Shown piece by piece: positions 50,658 through 61,343 of a stretch of DNA of 64,000 nucleotides (the stretch's first letter is position 1; every line of letters starts with the position of its first letter). The position numbers and the translations under genes are program-made. Origin of the DNA: Candidatus Moraniibacteriota bacterium. GTDB taxonomy: Bacteria > Patescibacteriota > Minisyncoccia > Moranbacterales > GCA-2747515. The notes under the pieces are model-generated. The model searched no databases. It was given only the letters and a program-made list of their open reading frames with translations, and was not told the origin of the DNA. The stretch spans positions 5,132 to 69,131 of the forward strand of contig JAXGYI010000005.1 of assembly GCA_040772365.1 (NCBI GenBank). Reading direction: 5' to 3'.

Positions 50658-51866
50658 ATGCAGTTTACATTTAAAGCACGCATGCAGAATGGTGAAGTGA
50701 AGCGCGGGAGGATTGAGGCGATTGACCGCGATGCTGCTGCCCAGCTACTTCAAAAAAACAATTTGGTGCCACTGGAAATTACAGTGGTCAAGGAGGGTTC
50801 GTCTCTTGAAGCGTGGGTTGAGCGTATTACGTCATCGGTTTCACAGAAGAATCTCCTGGTGTTTTATCGACAGTTATCAGCGCTTGTCGGTGCAAAAATT
50901 CCCATTGCGCCAGCCCTGCGCACAATCCATAGTCAGTCCGAAAATGCACAGTTGCGTACTGTGATTACAGAAGTGGCGTCAGATGTGGAGGATGGAATGC
51001 CACTTTCTGAGAGTTTTGCAAAGCATGAAAATATTTTTACACCACTGGCAGTGAATATGATTCGATCCGGTGAGGTATCAGGTAATTTGCAGGGTTCTAT
51101 TGATTTTGTGGCGGAGAATGCGGAGCAGAATTATCAGCTGCGGTCTAAGGTGCGTGGCGCATTGATTTATCCTGTATTTGTGATTTGTGTGGCGCTAGTC
51201 ATTGGGTTTTTCACAATGACATGGATTTTGCCGAAGCTCACACAAGTGATAAAAGACATGGATGTAGAAATTCCTTGGTATACATACCTCATGATTAAGC
51301 TTGGTGATTTTATGCAGGCATATTGGTGGGCGGTACTGATTATTTTTATGGGCTTTATGGGAGCGATAGCATATTACGTACGATCTGAAAATGGACGAAA
51401 AGAGTGGGATCGAATCAAATTGCGGATTCCGGTGATTGGTGAGTTATACAGGTATGTATATATTACCCGGTTTTCTGAAAACCTCTCCGTTTTGCTCAAG
51501 GGTGGTATTCCGATTGTGCGCGCGCTAATCATCGTTGCCGATGTTGTGGAAAATGTTGTTTATAAGAATATTATTCTGAAAGCCGCACAGGACGTCAAGA
51601 TTGGTGGTGAGATCAACACAGAGTTTTTCAAGCATGAAGAAATTCCGCCGATGGTATCTAGCATGATTAAAATTGGAGAGGAGACAGGGCGTCTAGGAGA
51701 AATTCTTGACGATGTTGCCGCATTTTATAACAGTGAAGTAGATCAAATGACGCGCAATCTATCATCAATTATTGAGCCGGTGATGATTGTTGTGCTTGGC
51801 CTCGGTGTGGGCGTGCTTGTATTTTCTGTTCTTCTACCGATCTATAACATTGCAGGGCAACTATAG
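50658..51866 (+). CDS. pilC: Type IV pilus inner-membrane platform protein
   Basis: Two T2SSF repeats, GEVSGNL, ALIYP, GEETG.L, IEP. Confidence 0.93.
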   Translation: MQFTFKARMQNGEVKRGRIEAIDRDAAAQLLQKNNLVPLEITVVKEGSSLEAWVERITSSVSQKNLLVFYRQLSALVGAKIPIAPALRTIHSQSENAQLRTVITEVASDVEDGMPLSESFAKHENIFTPLAVNMIRSGEVSGNLQGSIDFVAENAEQNYQLRSKVRGALIYPVFVICVALVIGFFTMTWILPKLTQVIKDMDVEIPWYTYLMIKLGDFMQAYWWAVLIIFMGFMGAIAYYVRSENGRKEWDRIKLRIPVIGELYRYVYITRFSENLSVLLKGGIPIVRALIIVADVVENVVYKNIILKAAQDVKIGGEINTEFFKHEEIPPMVSSMIKIGEETGRLGEILDDVAAFYNSEVDQMTRNLSSIIEPVMIVVLGLGVGVLVFSVLLPIYNIAGQL

Positions 51867-52044
51867 TGACGATTTTTTATGACGTATCTGTGATGCGCAG
51901 TGGCAGATTCTGGATGTTTTATGTGTCGTGGCGTACAGTCTGTTGGTATGAGTTGAGAATGTACAGGCGTACTAAAAATGTGGTATACTATACAATGTAA
52001 TGCGCACATGTTGTCAGCATATTGACGACACATAAAAAAATACT

Positions 52045-52485
52045 ATGGCAATTTATAAAGAGGTTATTCCATTTTCTAGTACAACGGAAGTGGAGTTTAT
52101 TGACTTGACAGAACAGGTGCAAAAAGTTGTGGAGCGTAGTGGTATGCGGGATGGTCTCGTCCTTGTTTTTGCGCAACACACAACGATGAGTATCGTGATC
52201 AATCATAACGAACCTATGCTGCTGCAAGATTTTATGCGTGTGCTATATCGCCTTGCGCCACAGGACGATCGTTATTCGCATGACATGTTTGAGTTGCAAA
52301 AAGGTGGCATTAAGAGCGATGGACGCAGCAATGGGCACTCCCACTGTAAGGCGATTATTGCAGGCAATCAGGTTACCGTACCACTCGTCAATGGGCATAT
52401 GGTCCTTACAGATCGTCAGAGTATTCTTGCGGCAGAGTTTGACGGCTCCCGTCAGCGCGATGTTATGGTTGTTGTAAGTGATTAG
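52045..52485 (+). CDS. YjbQ/UPF0047 family protein
   Basis: HTT, NGHSHCK, EFDG.R.R motifs. Confidence 0.88.
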   Translation: MAIYKEVIPFSSTTEVEFIDLTEQVQKVVERSGMRDGLVLVFAQHTTMSIVINHNEPMLLQDFMRVLYRLAPQDDRYSHDMFELQKGGIKSDGRSNGHSHCKAIIAGNQVTVPLVNGHMVLTDRQSILAAEFDGSRQRDVMVVVSD

Positions 52486-52506
52486 TGATGTACGTTGCCG
52501 CACGCT

Positions 52507-53121
52507 ATGAGCGAGATGTCACAAAAATTGATTGAAAAGGGGTATTTAAAGACAGATGTCGTTATTGACGCTTTTGCTGAAATTAATCGACTGGAGTTCG
52601 TGTCAGATAAATATCGCTTTGCAGCTTCTGCAGATATGCCGCTGGCCGTAGGTTTTGGACAGACAACACCAGCGCCTTCCGTAGTGGCATTTATGTTGGA
52701 GCTCTTGCAGCCAGCGCGTGGTCACCGTATTCTCGTGGTTGGCTATGGTAGTGGATGGATCGTGACAATGCTGGCGTTTATTGTGGGAGCAGAAGGGCAT
52801 GTGACGGCGATTGATCTTCTAGCGGAACATCGGGCATCTGTAGAAAAAGATATTACAAAATTTAATTTTATTACGCGTAGCAACATCGTTGATCTCCGTC
52901 TTCTGGAATCCGCGCAGGACATTGACCCTGCCCAGAAGTATCAAAGAATTATTGTGATCAATCCTGATCTATGGCATTTTTATGAATATATGAATCTCTT
53001 AGAGAACGATGGCGTGATGGTAACGCCGATTGATAATGTCATTTACTATTTCAATAAGCGCGAAGATGTGCAGGATAATGTAGAGGCGCGTTTTGACAGT
53101 ATCAAATTTCTTCCTGTGTAA
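52507..53121 (+). CDS. Protein-L-isoaspartate O-methyltransferase-like protein (divergent)
   Basis: R.EFV, D.PL.VGFGQTTPAP.VVA.ML, VGYGSGW. Confidence 0.7.
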   Translation: MSEMSQKLIEKGYLKTDVVIDAFAEINRLEFVSDKYRFAASADMPLAVGFGQTTPAPSVVAFMLELLQPARGHRILVVGYGSGWIVTMLAFIVGAEGHVTAIDLLAEHRASVEKDITKFNFITRSNIVDLRLLESAQDIDPAQKYQRIIVINPDLWHFYEYMNLLENDGVMVTPIDNVIYYFNKREDVQDNVEARFDSIKFLPV

Positions 53122-53134
53122 AGTTAATAGGGAT

Positions 53135-54142
53135 ATGTGGAAAAAAATCATTGGCATTGTGGTTGTCGTCAGTATTGGTGTTTTTGGATGGGACTACATG
53201 GTGCATACACTGCGCTCGACGAACACAGAGCCCGTTGTACTGACGATTGCTCCAGGCGATGACGTTGTCGAGATTGGGCGCAATTTAGCGCATCACAATC
53301 TCGTGCGGTGGCGCGGTATGTTCTATTATTACGGCCTACGGCATGGTGTGCGCGGACAGTTGCATAGTGGTACATATACTATTGCGCCACGAAGTTCTCT
53401 GGGGGAAATTGTTTATAAAATTACGCGATTATCAGAGGCAACATCTCTACAAACACGTGATAAAAAGGTGACATTTCCAGAAGGACTGACATCGGTTCAG
53501 ATGGCACAGCGTTTGACGGCAGAAGGCCTTCCTGGCGATGCGTTTGCTGCACTGGTGCAGCAGCCAACAGCCGATTTACGCACGCGCTTTCCATTTCTTC
53601 CACAGACTGGATCTGCTGAGGGATATCTCTTTCCAGATACATACATGTTTGCAGTGGATGCTTCCGCGGAAACAATTTTTGCAACAATGGTGGGCACTTT
53701 TGCAAAAAAGGTTGAGATCCCCCTTCGCGACACAATTGCCGCACATGAAAAATCGCTGCACGACATCATTATTTTTGCAAGTGTCATTGAAGGTGAGGTT
53801 GCTACGGATAGTGATCGGAAAATTGTTGCTGGTATATTTGCGAATCGCCTCGCAATCGGTATGCTACTGCAAAGTGATGCAACAATTGATTTTATCACAG
53901 GGCAGCCAGCGATGAAGCATACCTTGGATGACCTTGCTATTGATTCACCGTACAATACCTATAAGTACCCCGGTTTGCCACCAGGACCAATCAACAATCC
54001 ATCCCTATCATCTATTCTTGCAGCCGTAAATCCTGCGCAGACAGAATACCTCTTTTTTCTCAATAATGCTACAACCGGCGAAACAGTTTTTTCCAAAACA
54101 TTTGACGAGCACATTGCCAATAAGGCAGCGCATGGCCTGTAG
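53135..54142 (+). CDS. mltG: Endolytic transglycosylase MltG
   Basis: TFPEG, EGYLFPDTY, ASVIEGE, LQSDAT, SPYNTY...GLPPGPI.NP. Confidence 0.93.
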   Translation: MWKKIIGIVVVVSIGVFGWDYMVHTLRSTNTEPVVLTIAPGDDVVEIGRNLAHHNLVRWRGMFYYYGLRHGVRGQLHSGTYTIAPRSSLGEIVYKITRLSEATSLQTRDKKVTFPEGLTSVQMAQRLTAEGLPGDAFAALVQQPTADLRTRFPFLPQTGSAEGYLFPDTYMFAVDASAETIFATMVGTFAKKVEIPLRDTIAAHEKSLHDIIIFASVIEGEVATDSDRKIVAGIFANRLAIGMLLQSDATIDFITGQPAMKHTLDDLAIDSPYNTYKYPGLPPGPINNPSLSSILAAVNPAQTEYLFFLNNATTGETVFSKTFDEHIANKAAHGL

Positions 54143-54195
54143 AGATGTGTACTATAATAAGAAAACACGGCAGGTGTATGCCGTGTATGTCTATG

Positions 54196-54268
54196 TGGGC
54201 GCAGAGGGATTTGAACCCCCGACCATCTCCTTAAAAGGGAGTTGCTCTACCGACTGAGCTATGCGCCC
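54196..54268 (-). tRNA. tRNA-Lys(TTT), CCA not encoded
   Basis: GGGCGCA-TAGCTCAGTCGGTAGAGC-anticodon loop CTTTTAA-GGGGGTTCAAATCCCTC-TGCGCCC-A; TTGACA-17-TACAAT promoter at 54315-54287. Confidence 0.95.
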
Positions 54269-54359
54269 ATGCAGATGACTTTTTGAATTGTATAAAAAAT
54301 GTTCTCTTGTGTCAATGCGGCATAGCATATTTGATGCATATGGTATATACTTGGAATGT

Positions 54360-55409
54360 ATGTATAGAAAATGTATTTTCGTGAGTAGTGTGGTAGTTGC
54401 TGTGATGATGCTTGGTGGGTGTGTTGGCACGTCATCAAGTCCATCGATCGGTGGCGTCATGAAGAGCGATGATGGTGGACGAACATTTGCTCCGCACAAT
54501 GCAACAAGCACAAAGCGTACGATTGCACGCAACAACGTATCAGCAATGGCGATTGACCCGCAGAAAAGCTCTACAGTCTACATTGGTACGACATCTGCCG
54601 ATGTCTTTGTGAGTTATGATAGTGCGATAACGTGGTCTGCACTGCCATGCGGATTGACAGCTATTCATAGCATTCTCGTTGATCCCTATCAGACACAGAC
54701 GCTCTATGTGAGTGGGATGTATGAGGGGCGTGGTAGTGTTGTGCGTAGTGATGATGGTGGACAGCAGTGGCGGCGTATTTATGTAGAACCGACGGATGGC
54801 ACCAATATTTCCGCTATGGTGATGTCACCGCATGATGCACGTGTTATCTTTATTGGCACAACAGGCGGGACGATTGCACGGACAGACAATGGCGGAACAA
54901 CATGGAAGAATATGTATCATGCTAAAAATCGTATTAACGAACTCGCAATCAATCCGCACAATAGGGATGCACTCTATGTGCTAGTTGGTACGACAGATAT
55001 TGTAGTGTCTCATGATAATGGTGAGACATTTCTCAGTGTAAATGCTATGAATCGCGATGTCGCGACGCAGAAAAAGTACTCTGGGACATTACATTCAATG
55101 GCGATTGATCCTGCAGTGCCACATTCGATCATCGTAGGAACGAATAGCGGCGTCTATCGTTCTTCCGATAACGGTATAAGCTGGCAAACGGTTGATGTTA
55201 TTGCCAGCACAATCGGTGTGCCTGTCTACGCTCTGGCTATTAGTCCACACAATGGGCAGCTGGTTTATGCGGCAGCAAAGGCAGTCTATACGAGTGTAGG
55301 TGATGAGTGGGCAATTACAGATACAACAAGCGCTTATACGGTTGATACAATTTTACATGACCCATTTAATCCTAGTGTGGTTTACCTAGGTATGCAGAAG
55401 ATTAAGTAA
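54360..55409 (+). CDS. BNR/Asp-box beta-propeller lipoprotein (Ycf48/VPS10-like)
   Basis: Lipobox LGGC; repeated S-x-D-x-G-x-x-W/F Asp-boxes. Confidence 0.85.
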   Translation: MYRKCIFVSSVVVAVMMLGGCVGTSSSPSIGGVMKSDDGGRTFAPHNATSTKRTIARNNVSAMAIDPQKSSTVYIGTTSADVFVSYDSAITWSALPCGLTAIHSILVDPYQTQTLYVSGMYEGRGSVVRSDDGGQQWRRIYVEPTDGTNISAMVMSPHDARVIFIGTTGGTIARTDNGGTTWKNMYHAKNRINELAINPHNRDALYVLVGTTDIVVSHDNGETFLSVNAMNRDVATQKKYSGTLHSMAIDPAVPHSIIVGTNSGVYRSSDNGISWQTVDVIASTIGVPVYALAISPHNGQLVYAAAKAVYTSVGDEWAITDTTSAYTVDTILHDPFNPSVVYLGMQKIK

Positions 55410-55429
55410 TTAGGCTTTCGTTTAAGCAT

Positions 55430-55987
55430 ATGTTTAAAGATTTTATAGAAAAATATACACCAGATTTTGACGCTGCTATCGCACACTTTGAAAAAGAGGC
55501 GGCGAAGATTCGTACGGGGCGCGCAACGCCAGCGCTCGTGGAGGGCGTGGTGGTTGATGTTTACGGTGTGCCGTCGCCGATCAAGCAGATCGCTAGCATC
55601 TCTGTCCCAGAAGCGCGACAACTTTTAGTACAGCCATGGGATCGGTCACAGTTGGCGGAAGTGGAGAAGGCAATTACAAAGGCTAATCTCGGTGCACAAA
55701 TATCTAATGATGGGTTGGCAATTCGACTAACATTTCCACCAATGACAGAAGAAAATCGTCGTGATCTTGTCAAAATACTACATCACAAAGCAGAAGAGGC
55801 GCGCGTGGGCATTCGTACAGTGCGTGAAGATGTCTGGAAGGCTGTTGTTGCAGCAGAAAAATCCGGTACAATGACGGAGGATGAGAAGTTTGCAGGTAAG
55901 GATGCATTGCAAGACATTGTTGATGGGTATAACCAAAAAATCGAGGATCTACGTACGCGAAAGGAAGCAGATATTATGACGGTGTAA
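55430..55987 (+). CDS. frr: Ribosome recycling factor
   Basis: IRTGRA.P, QPWD, PPMTEENR..LVK. Confidence 0.96.
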   Translation: MFKDFIEKYTPDFDAAIAHFEKEAAKIRTGRATPALVEGVVVDVYGVPSPIKQIASISVPEARQLLVQPWDRSQLAEVEKAITKANLGAQISNDGLAIRLTFPPMTEENRRDLVKILHHKAEEARVGIRTVREDVWKAVVAAEKSGTMTEDEKFAGKDALQDIVDGYNQKIEDLRTRKEADIMTV

Positions 55988-56009
55988 TTTATCACTATTT
56001 TCTAAAAAT

Positions 56010-57212
56010 ATGTTCGGAACAATCATTATTTTTGTATTGATTCTTGGCGTCTTGATTTTTGTGCATGAATTAGGGCATTTTCTTACAGCGCGAAGAAATG
56101 GTGTTATGGCGCACGAGTTCGGCTTTGGTTTCCCTCCACGTATTTTTGGTATTGTGCGCGACTCATCTACTGGTAAACGGCGCATTATTTGGGGCAGTGG
56201 AGAGTACTATGGTGCGACAACGCTCTATTCATTGAACTGGATTCCACTTGGTGGCTTTGTACGTATCAAAGGTGAGCAGCCCGTTGCGGAAGAGGAGATG
56301 CGGGATGCACAACTATCGGAGAAGGATCGCGCATATGCACGTATGTCACGCGATGCTGATAGTTTTGCTATGCAGTCAAAGTGGACACGGACGAAAATTT
56401 TAATTGCCGGTGTGGCAATGAATGCACTACTTGCATGGGTACTTATTGTTGTGGTGCTGATGATTGGTGCACCAGAACCACGTCAGGCCATTTCATCGCA
56501 CGCTATTGTTGTGCAATCAACAGGGGTGCAAATTACTCATGTAGAAAAAGAGTCGCCGGCAGAGGCAATGGGCGTGAAAATTGGCGATGTCGTTTCTTCG
56601 CTGTGTATTGGTTCTGGGCCATGTACGACTGTTCATGATGCAGAAGTATTGCGTAATACGATTTTTACGCACAAAGGGGAGACGGTTGATATGCAGATAC
56701 TGCGTGGTAAGGAGAATCTGCAGCTTGCGGGCACGCTACGTGCGGATGTTGTTGAAGGACAAGGCGCCCTTGGTATTTCCATGGCAGACATGGCAATTGT
56801 GCGATATCCATGGTATGTAGCGCCATGGGAGGGCTTGATGCGTGTAATCAGCTTGGTCGTTCTGACAGTAAGCACATTTTGGCAACTGATTATCTCGCTT
56901 TTTGGCGGACCAGCAGTGGATGCAGAGGTTGCCGGTCCTGTGGGGATTGCCATGCTTACGCAGCAAATGCGTGATCTCGGTGTGATATACCTCATTCAGT
57001 TTGCCGCGGTGTTGAGTATTAACCTTGCTATTATCAATATTTTACCAATCCCAGCGCTGGATGGTGGTCGTCTCCTTTTTCTATTGATTGAGGCAATCAG
57101 CGGGCGTCCGGTGAACCAACGCTTTGAAGGCATGGCGCATACGATTTTCTTTATGGCACTGATTCTCCTCATGGTCATTATTACTGTGCGAGACGTCATA
57201 AAGCTCTTTTAG
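56010..57212 (+). CDS. rseP: RIP metalloprotease RseP (M50)
   Basis: HELGH, IPLGGFV, PDZ domain, NILPIPALDGG. Confidence 0.93.
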   Translation: MFGTIIIFVLILGVLIFVHELGHFLTARRNGVMAHEFGFGFPPRIFGIVRDSSTGKRRIIWGSGEYYGATTLYSLNWIPLGGFVRIKGEQPVAEEEMRDAQLSEKDRAYARMSRDADSFAMQSKWTRTKILIAGVAMNALLAWVLIVVVLMIGAPEPRQAISSHAIVVQSTGVQITHVEKESPAEAMGVKIGDVVSSLCIGSGPCTTVHDAEVLRNTIFTHKGETVDMQILRGKENLQLAGTLRADVVEGQGALGISMADMAIVRYPWYVAPWEGLMRVISLVVLTVSTFWQLIISLFGGPAVDAEVAGPVGIAMLTQQMRDLGVIYLIQFAAVLSINLAIINILPIPALDGGRLLFLLIEAISGRPVNQRFEGMAHTIFFMALILLMVIITVRDVIKLF

Positions 57213-57338
57213 AGAGACTGCGGTTTGTGATGCTCATGTATCGGTGTCATTCTAGTATTTTTGTGACTTATCAGTATATGCACGATGATGCGGTAATTTC
57301 TATATTGACTTTTTTTGTATTCGGCGTTACGATAAAGG

Positions 57339-57599
57339 ATGTTGAACAATAACAAAAAGACATCTATGGGGACACGTGGCGACGTTCTGGGTTGGTCGCT
57401 TGTTTTTGAGTTGGGCTATCTGATTGCTATTCCACTTGTGGTGTGTGCAATTGGAGGACGTATGCTAGATCGTTACTGCGATACGTCGCCCATTTTTCTG
57501 TTAATTGGTATTGTTGTTGCTATGGTTGTCTCTGGTGTTATGGTAATGCAACGTATACGGAATATGGAGCGCGCTGTTGCTGCAAAAGAGGAACTATAA
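57339..57599 (+). CDS. AtpZ/AtpI-family ATP synthase accessory protein
   Basis: ELG..IAIP.V....GG..LD....T.P.FLL.G; heads the atp operon; TTGACT-17-TACGAT promoter at 57305-57333. Confidence 0.8.
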   Translation: MLNNNKKTSMGTRGDVLGWSLVFELGYLIAIPLVVCAIGGRMLDRYCDTSPIFLLIGIVVAMVVSGVMVMQRIRNMERAVAAKEEL

Positions 57600-57627
57600 T
57601 TATAGCGAAAGAAACTTTTCCTAATCT

Positions 57628-58380
57628 ATGGATATTGAGATTTCACTTGTGCCGGAAGTAGTGACGACGATTGGCGGCTTTCCAATCACGAACTCGCTGA
57701 TCATGACGGTCGTCGTGAGTTTCTGCATCATGATCATTGCGTGGGTAGTGCGATCGCGCATGACGATGGTGCCGCGTGGTTTGCAGAATGTGGTGGAGAG
57801 TATCTTGGAGGCACTGTTGGGTCTTGTGGATGGTGTAACAGGTGATCGCAAACAATCTATAACATTTTTACCAATCGTTGCAACGATTTTTATCTTTGTC
57901 ATTTTCTCTAATTGGAGTGGACTGCTACCAGGTGCGGGGACGTTCGGTGTGCACCAGGTGCATCATGGAGAGAGTGTCTTGGTATCATTTATTCGCAGCC
58001 CAAGTGCTGATTTGAATATGACACTCGCACTCGCACTGTTTGTTGTGCTTGCGTCGCAGGTTATGGGAATGCGTGCCCTTGGGGTGAAACACTACCTAGG
58101 AAAATTCTTTGTGAGTCCTTTACGGAAGCCGTATGGTATTGGGACATTTGTTGGCATACTGGAGATGATCTCTGAGTTTGCTAAAATTGTATCGTTCTCT
58201 TTTCGTCTCTTCGGAAATGTTTTTGCAGGTGAGGTGCTTTTAATTGTCATGCTGTCATTAGCAAGTTACGCTGTTCCAGTACCATTTCTTGGTCTGGAGG
58301 TTTTTGTGGGGTTCATCCAAGCACTGGTTTTTGCGATGCTGACATTGGTATTTTTCAAAATGGCGACAGATGCACATTAA
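57628..58380 (+). CDS. atpB: F0 subunit a
   Basis: SFSFRLFGNVFAGE, FIQALVFAMLT. Confidence 0.96.
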   Translation: MDIEISLVPEVVTTIGGFPITNSLIMTVVVSFCIMIIAWVVRSRMTMVPRGLQNVVESILEALLGLVDGVTGDRKQSITFLPIVATIFIFVIFSNWSGLLPGAGTFGVHQVHHGESVLVSFIRSPSADLNMTLALALFVVLASQVMGMRALGVKHYLGKFFVSPLRKPYGIGTFVGILEMISEFAKIVSFSFRLFGNVFAGEVLLIVMLSLASYAVPVPFLGLEVFVGFIQALVFAMLTLVFFKMATDAH

Positions 58381-58455
58381 TTCATAGGATAGTTAGGTGA
58401 TTCCATAGTCGTCTTTTCATTCTACGAAGAGGCCACTACATAATCACATAATTGA

Positions 58456-58743
<288 letters not shown>

Positions 58744-58831
58744 GCCTTCGGCAAATGCACACCCACAACGAACGACGTTGTGATGACGTCATACGTTGTG
58801 ATGTGGTCATTTGATATTTTATGTCATTTTT

Positions 58832-59326
58832 ATGAGCGAATTATTTACAAGTTTGGGGCTTAATGCCAAAATGTTGATTGCGCAGATGATCAATTTTGCC
58901 ATTTTGCTGTATGTGTTACATCGTTTTGTCTATAAGCCAATTTTGCGCATGCTTACAGATCGTACGGAACGTATCGAGCAGGGGCTGGCGCAAGCTGAAG
59001 CAGCACAGAAAAAAATGTCTGAAGTGGCGGAGCGAGAGAAGGATATTCTTACCAAAGCTAAACGTGAGGCGCGAGATATTGTTGCGACAGCAAATAAGCA
59101 GGCGCAGGAGCATCGCGCGCAGTTGATTGCAGCGGCGCAGGAAGAAACAGCGCGCATGATTGCCGAGACACAAGCACAGATGGAGAGGCAAAAAGCGCAG
59201 CTTATGGAAGAAGTGCAGAAAGATGTTGCGGTGCTTGTCGTGGATGCAGTGGAACGAGTTGTTGGCGAGCGCTTGGATAGTGCAATGGATCAGAAGATTA
59301 TTGCAGAGGCATTGACACGTAAGTAA
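58832..59326 (+). CDS. atpF: F0 subunit b
   Basis: QMINF.IL...L..F.YKPI...L..R, coiled coil. Confidence 0.94.
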   Translation: MSELFTSLGLNAKMLIAQMINFAILLYVLHRFVYKPILRMLTDRTERIEQGLAQAEAAQKKMSEVAEREKDILTKAKREARDIVATANKQAQEHRAQLIAAAQEETARMIAETQAQMERQKAQLMEEVQKDVAVLVVDAVERVVGERLDSAMDQKIIAEALTRK

Positions 59327-59357
59327 TTGACCGAATAAAGGAAGAGAATACACTTCT

Positions 59358-59756
59358 ATGACTATTACGCCACGACAATATGCACAAGCACTCTATGACG
59401 CATTGCATGTGCCAGGTGCACAAACAGCAACAGTGATTGCGGAATTCGTTCGTATCCTCAAGAGGAACGGCCACCTCTCTTTAGAGCCATACATTGTGCG
59501 CCATTTTATGGCGCTTTCTGATGCGGCAGATGGCACGGTGCGTGCTACGGTAACAATGGCACATGCGCCGAGTGCGCAGCAGCGTCGGGCTATACAGGCA
59601 TTTATTGCTGCAAAGTATGGCGCTGATCGCGCAGAGATTACGTATGTTACAGATGCACGTATATGCGGTGGATTTATAGTGCGTGTTGGTGATGAAGAGT
59701 ATGATGCAAGTGTACGGCGACGGCTACAGCTGCTTGCACAACACATTATACGATAA
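59358..59756 (+). CDS. atpH: F1 subunit delta (short form)
   Basis: YAQAL, D..I.GG..VRVGD..YDASV. Confidence 0.88.
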   Translation: MTITPRQYAQALYDALHVPGAQTATVIAEFVRILKRNGHLSLEPYIVRHFMALSDAADGTVRATVTMAHAPSAQQRRAIQAFIAAKYGADRAEITYVTDARICGGFIVRVGDEEYDASVRRRLQLLAQHIIR

Positions 59757-59817
59757 TTTTTTATATATACCACGTTGCAGAAAGGCAACATGTAATACGT
59801 TTTGTAGAGTAATATAT

Positions 59818-61314
59818 ATGGGCAAAGATCATATTATTGAGCAGTTGAAGAAGGAAATTGCCGGTGTCACATTGGATGCGCAGTCGGCAAAAGTTGGCAC
59901 AGTGTTAGAGGTGCGTGATGGTACAGTGCGGATTGATGGATTGACAGATGTAATGGCGTCGGAAATGGTGCAGTTTCCGGATGGTACGATTGGTGTAGCA
60001 CTGAATTTGGAGGAGGATCAGGTTGGTGCAATGGTACTGGGCGATTATCGTGGTATTAAAGAAGGGGATACAGTGCGCGCTACTGGTAATATTCTCTCTA
60101 TTCCTGTAGGCGAGGATGTGATTGGTCGGGTTATTAACCCCCTTGGGCAAGCGCTAGATGGCAAGGCGGACATTTCTTCTGCCACACGCTATCCGATTGA
60201 GCGTAATGCTGCCGGTGTGATTGCACGCAAGAGTGTGCATCAGCCCGTGCAAACAGGCATTAAAGCAATTGATGCCATGATCCCCATCGGTCGCGGGCAA
60301 CGAGAGCTGATTATTGGTGATCGTCAGATTGGTAAAACTGCTATTGCCATTGATACCATCATCAATCAAAAGGGGCAGGATATGATGTGTGTGTACGTGG
60401 CGATTGGACAGAAAGAATCCAAAATTGCACGTATTGTGAAGGAGTTGGAGGAGCATGGCGCAATGGCATACACAACAATCGTTGTTGCTGGTGCGGCTGA
60501 AGCAGCATCATTTTCCTATATCGCGCCGTATGCTGGTGCAGCAATTGCAGAGTATTTTATGGACAAAGGTAAGGACGTGCTAGTTGTTTATGATGATCTT
60601 TCTAAACACGCATGGGCGTATCGTCAAATTTCTCTAATCCTAAAGCGTCCGCCGGGGCGTGAAGCCTACCCTGGTGATATTTTCTATCTCCACTCACGTC
60701 TACTAGAGCGTAGTGCAAAATTGAACGATGATCTTGGTGGTGGATCTATGACAGCGTTGCCAATTATTGAAACGCAGGCAGGTGATGTTAGTGCGTATAT
60801 TCCAACAAATGTCATTTCGATTACTGATGGGCAAATTTATCTAGAGGCGGATTTGTTTAATAAAGGGATACGTCCGGCAATCAACGCAGGTCTTTCTGTT
60901 TCTCGTGTGGGATCCAGTGCGCAGACAAAGGCTATTAAGAAAGTGTCTGGCAAACTGCGCTTGGATCTGGCGCAATTCCGTGAATTGGAAGCTTTCGCGC
61001 AATTTGGCTCTGATTTAGATGCACAGACGCGTGCACAGATTGAGCGTGGACGTCGCACAGTGGAAGTTTTGAAGCAGAATCAATATGCACCGATGCCATT
61101 TGAGGAACAGGCAGTCATTTTTTATGCACTGACAAATGGATTTATGGACGATGTTGCAGTGGAAGAGATTCGTACATGGGAGGAGGGTTTCTGTGCGTAC
61201 ATGCGTAACCAGCATCAGGATCTTTTAGAGGACCTTATCCGTGGAAAGGAATGGACAGATGATCTCACTGCACGTGTAGAGAGTGCCATCAAAGACTACA
61301 ATGATACACTCTAA
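59818..61314 (+). CDS. atpA: F1 subunit alpha
   Basis: [31 protein letters not shown]. Confidence 0.98.
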   Translation: MGKDHIIEQLKKEIAGVTLDAQSAKVGTVLEVRDGTVRIDGLTDVMASEMVQFPDGTIGVALNLEEDQVGAMVLGDYRGIKEGDTVRATGNILSIPVGEDVIGRVINPLGQALDGKADISSATRYPIERNAAGVIARKSVHQPVQTGIKAIDAMIPIGRGQRELIIGDRQIGKTAIAIDTIINQKGQDMMCVYVAIGQKESKIARIVKELEEHGAMAYTTIVVAGAAEAASFSYIAPYAGAAIAEYFMDKGKDVLVVYDDLSKHAWAYRQISLILKRPPGREAYPGDIFYLHSRLLERSAKLNDDLGGGSMTALPIIETQAGDVSAYIPTNVISITDGQIYLEADLFNKGIRPAINAGLSVSRVGSSAQTKAIKKVSGKLRLDLAQFRELEAFAQFGSDLDAQTRAQIERGRRTVEVLKQNQYAPMPFEEQAVIFYALTNGFMDDVAVEEIRTWEEGFCAYMRNQHQDLLEDLIRGKEWTDDLTARVESAIKDYNDTL

Positions 61315-61343
61315 GCTACGTTTGTACTATATGCAATAACGCT

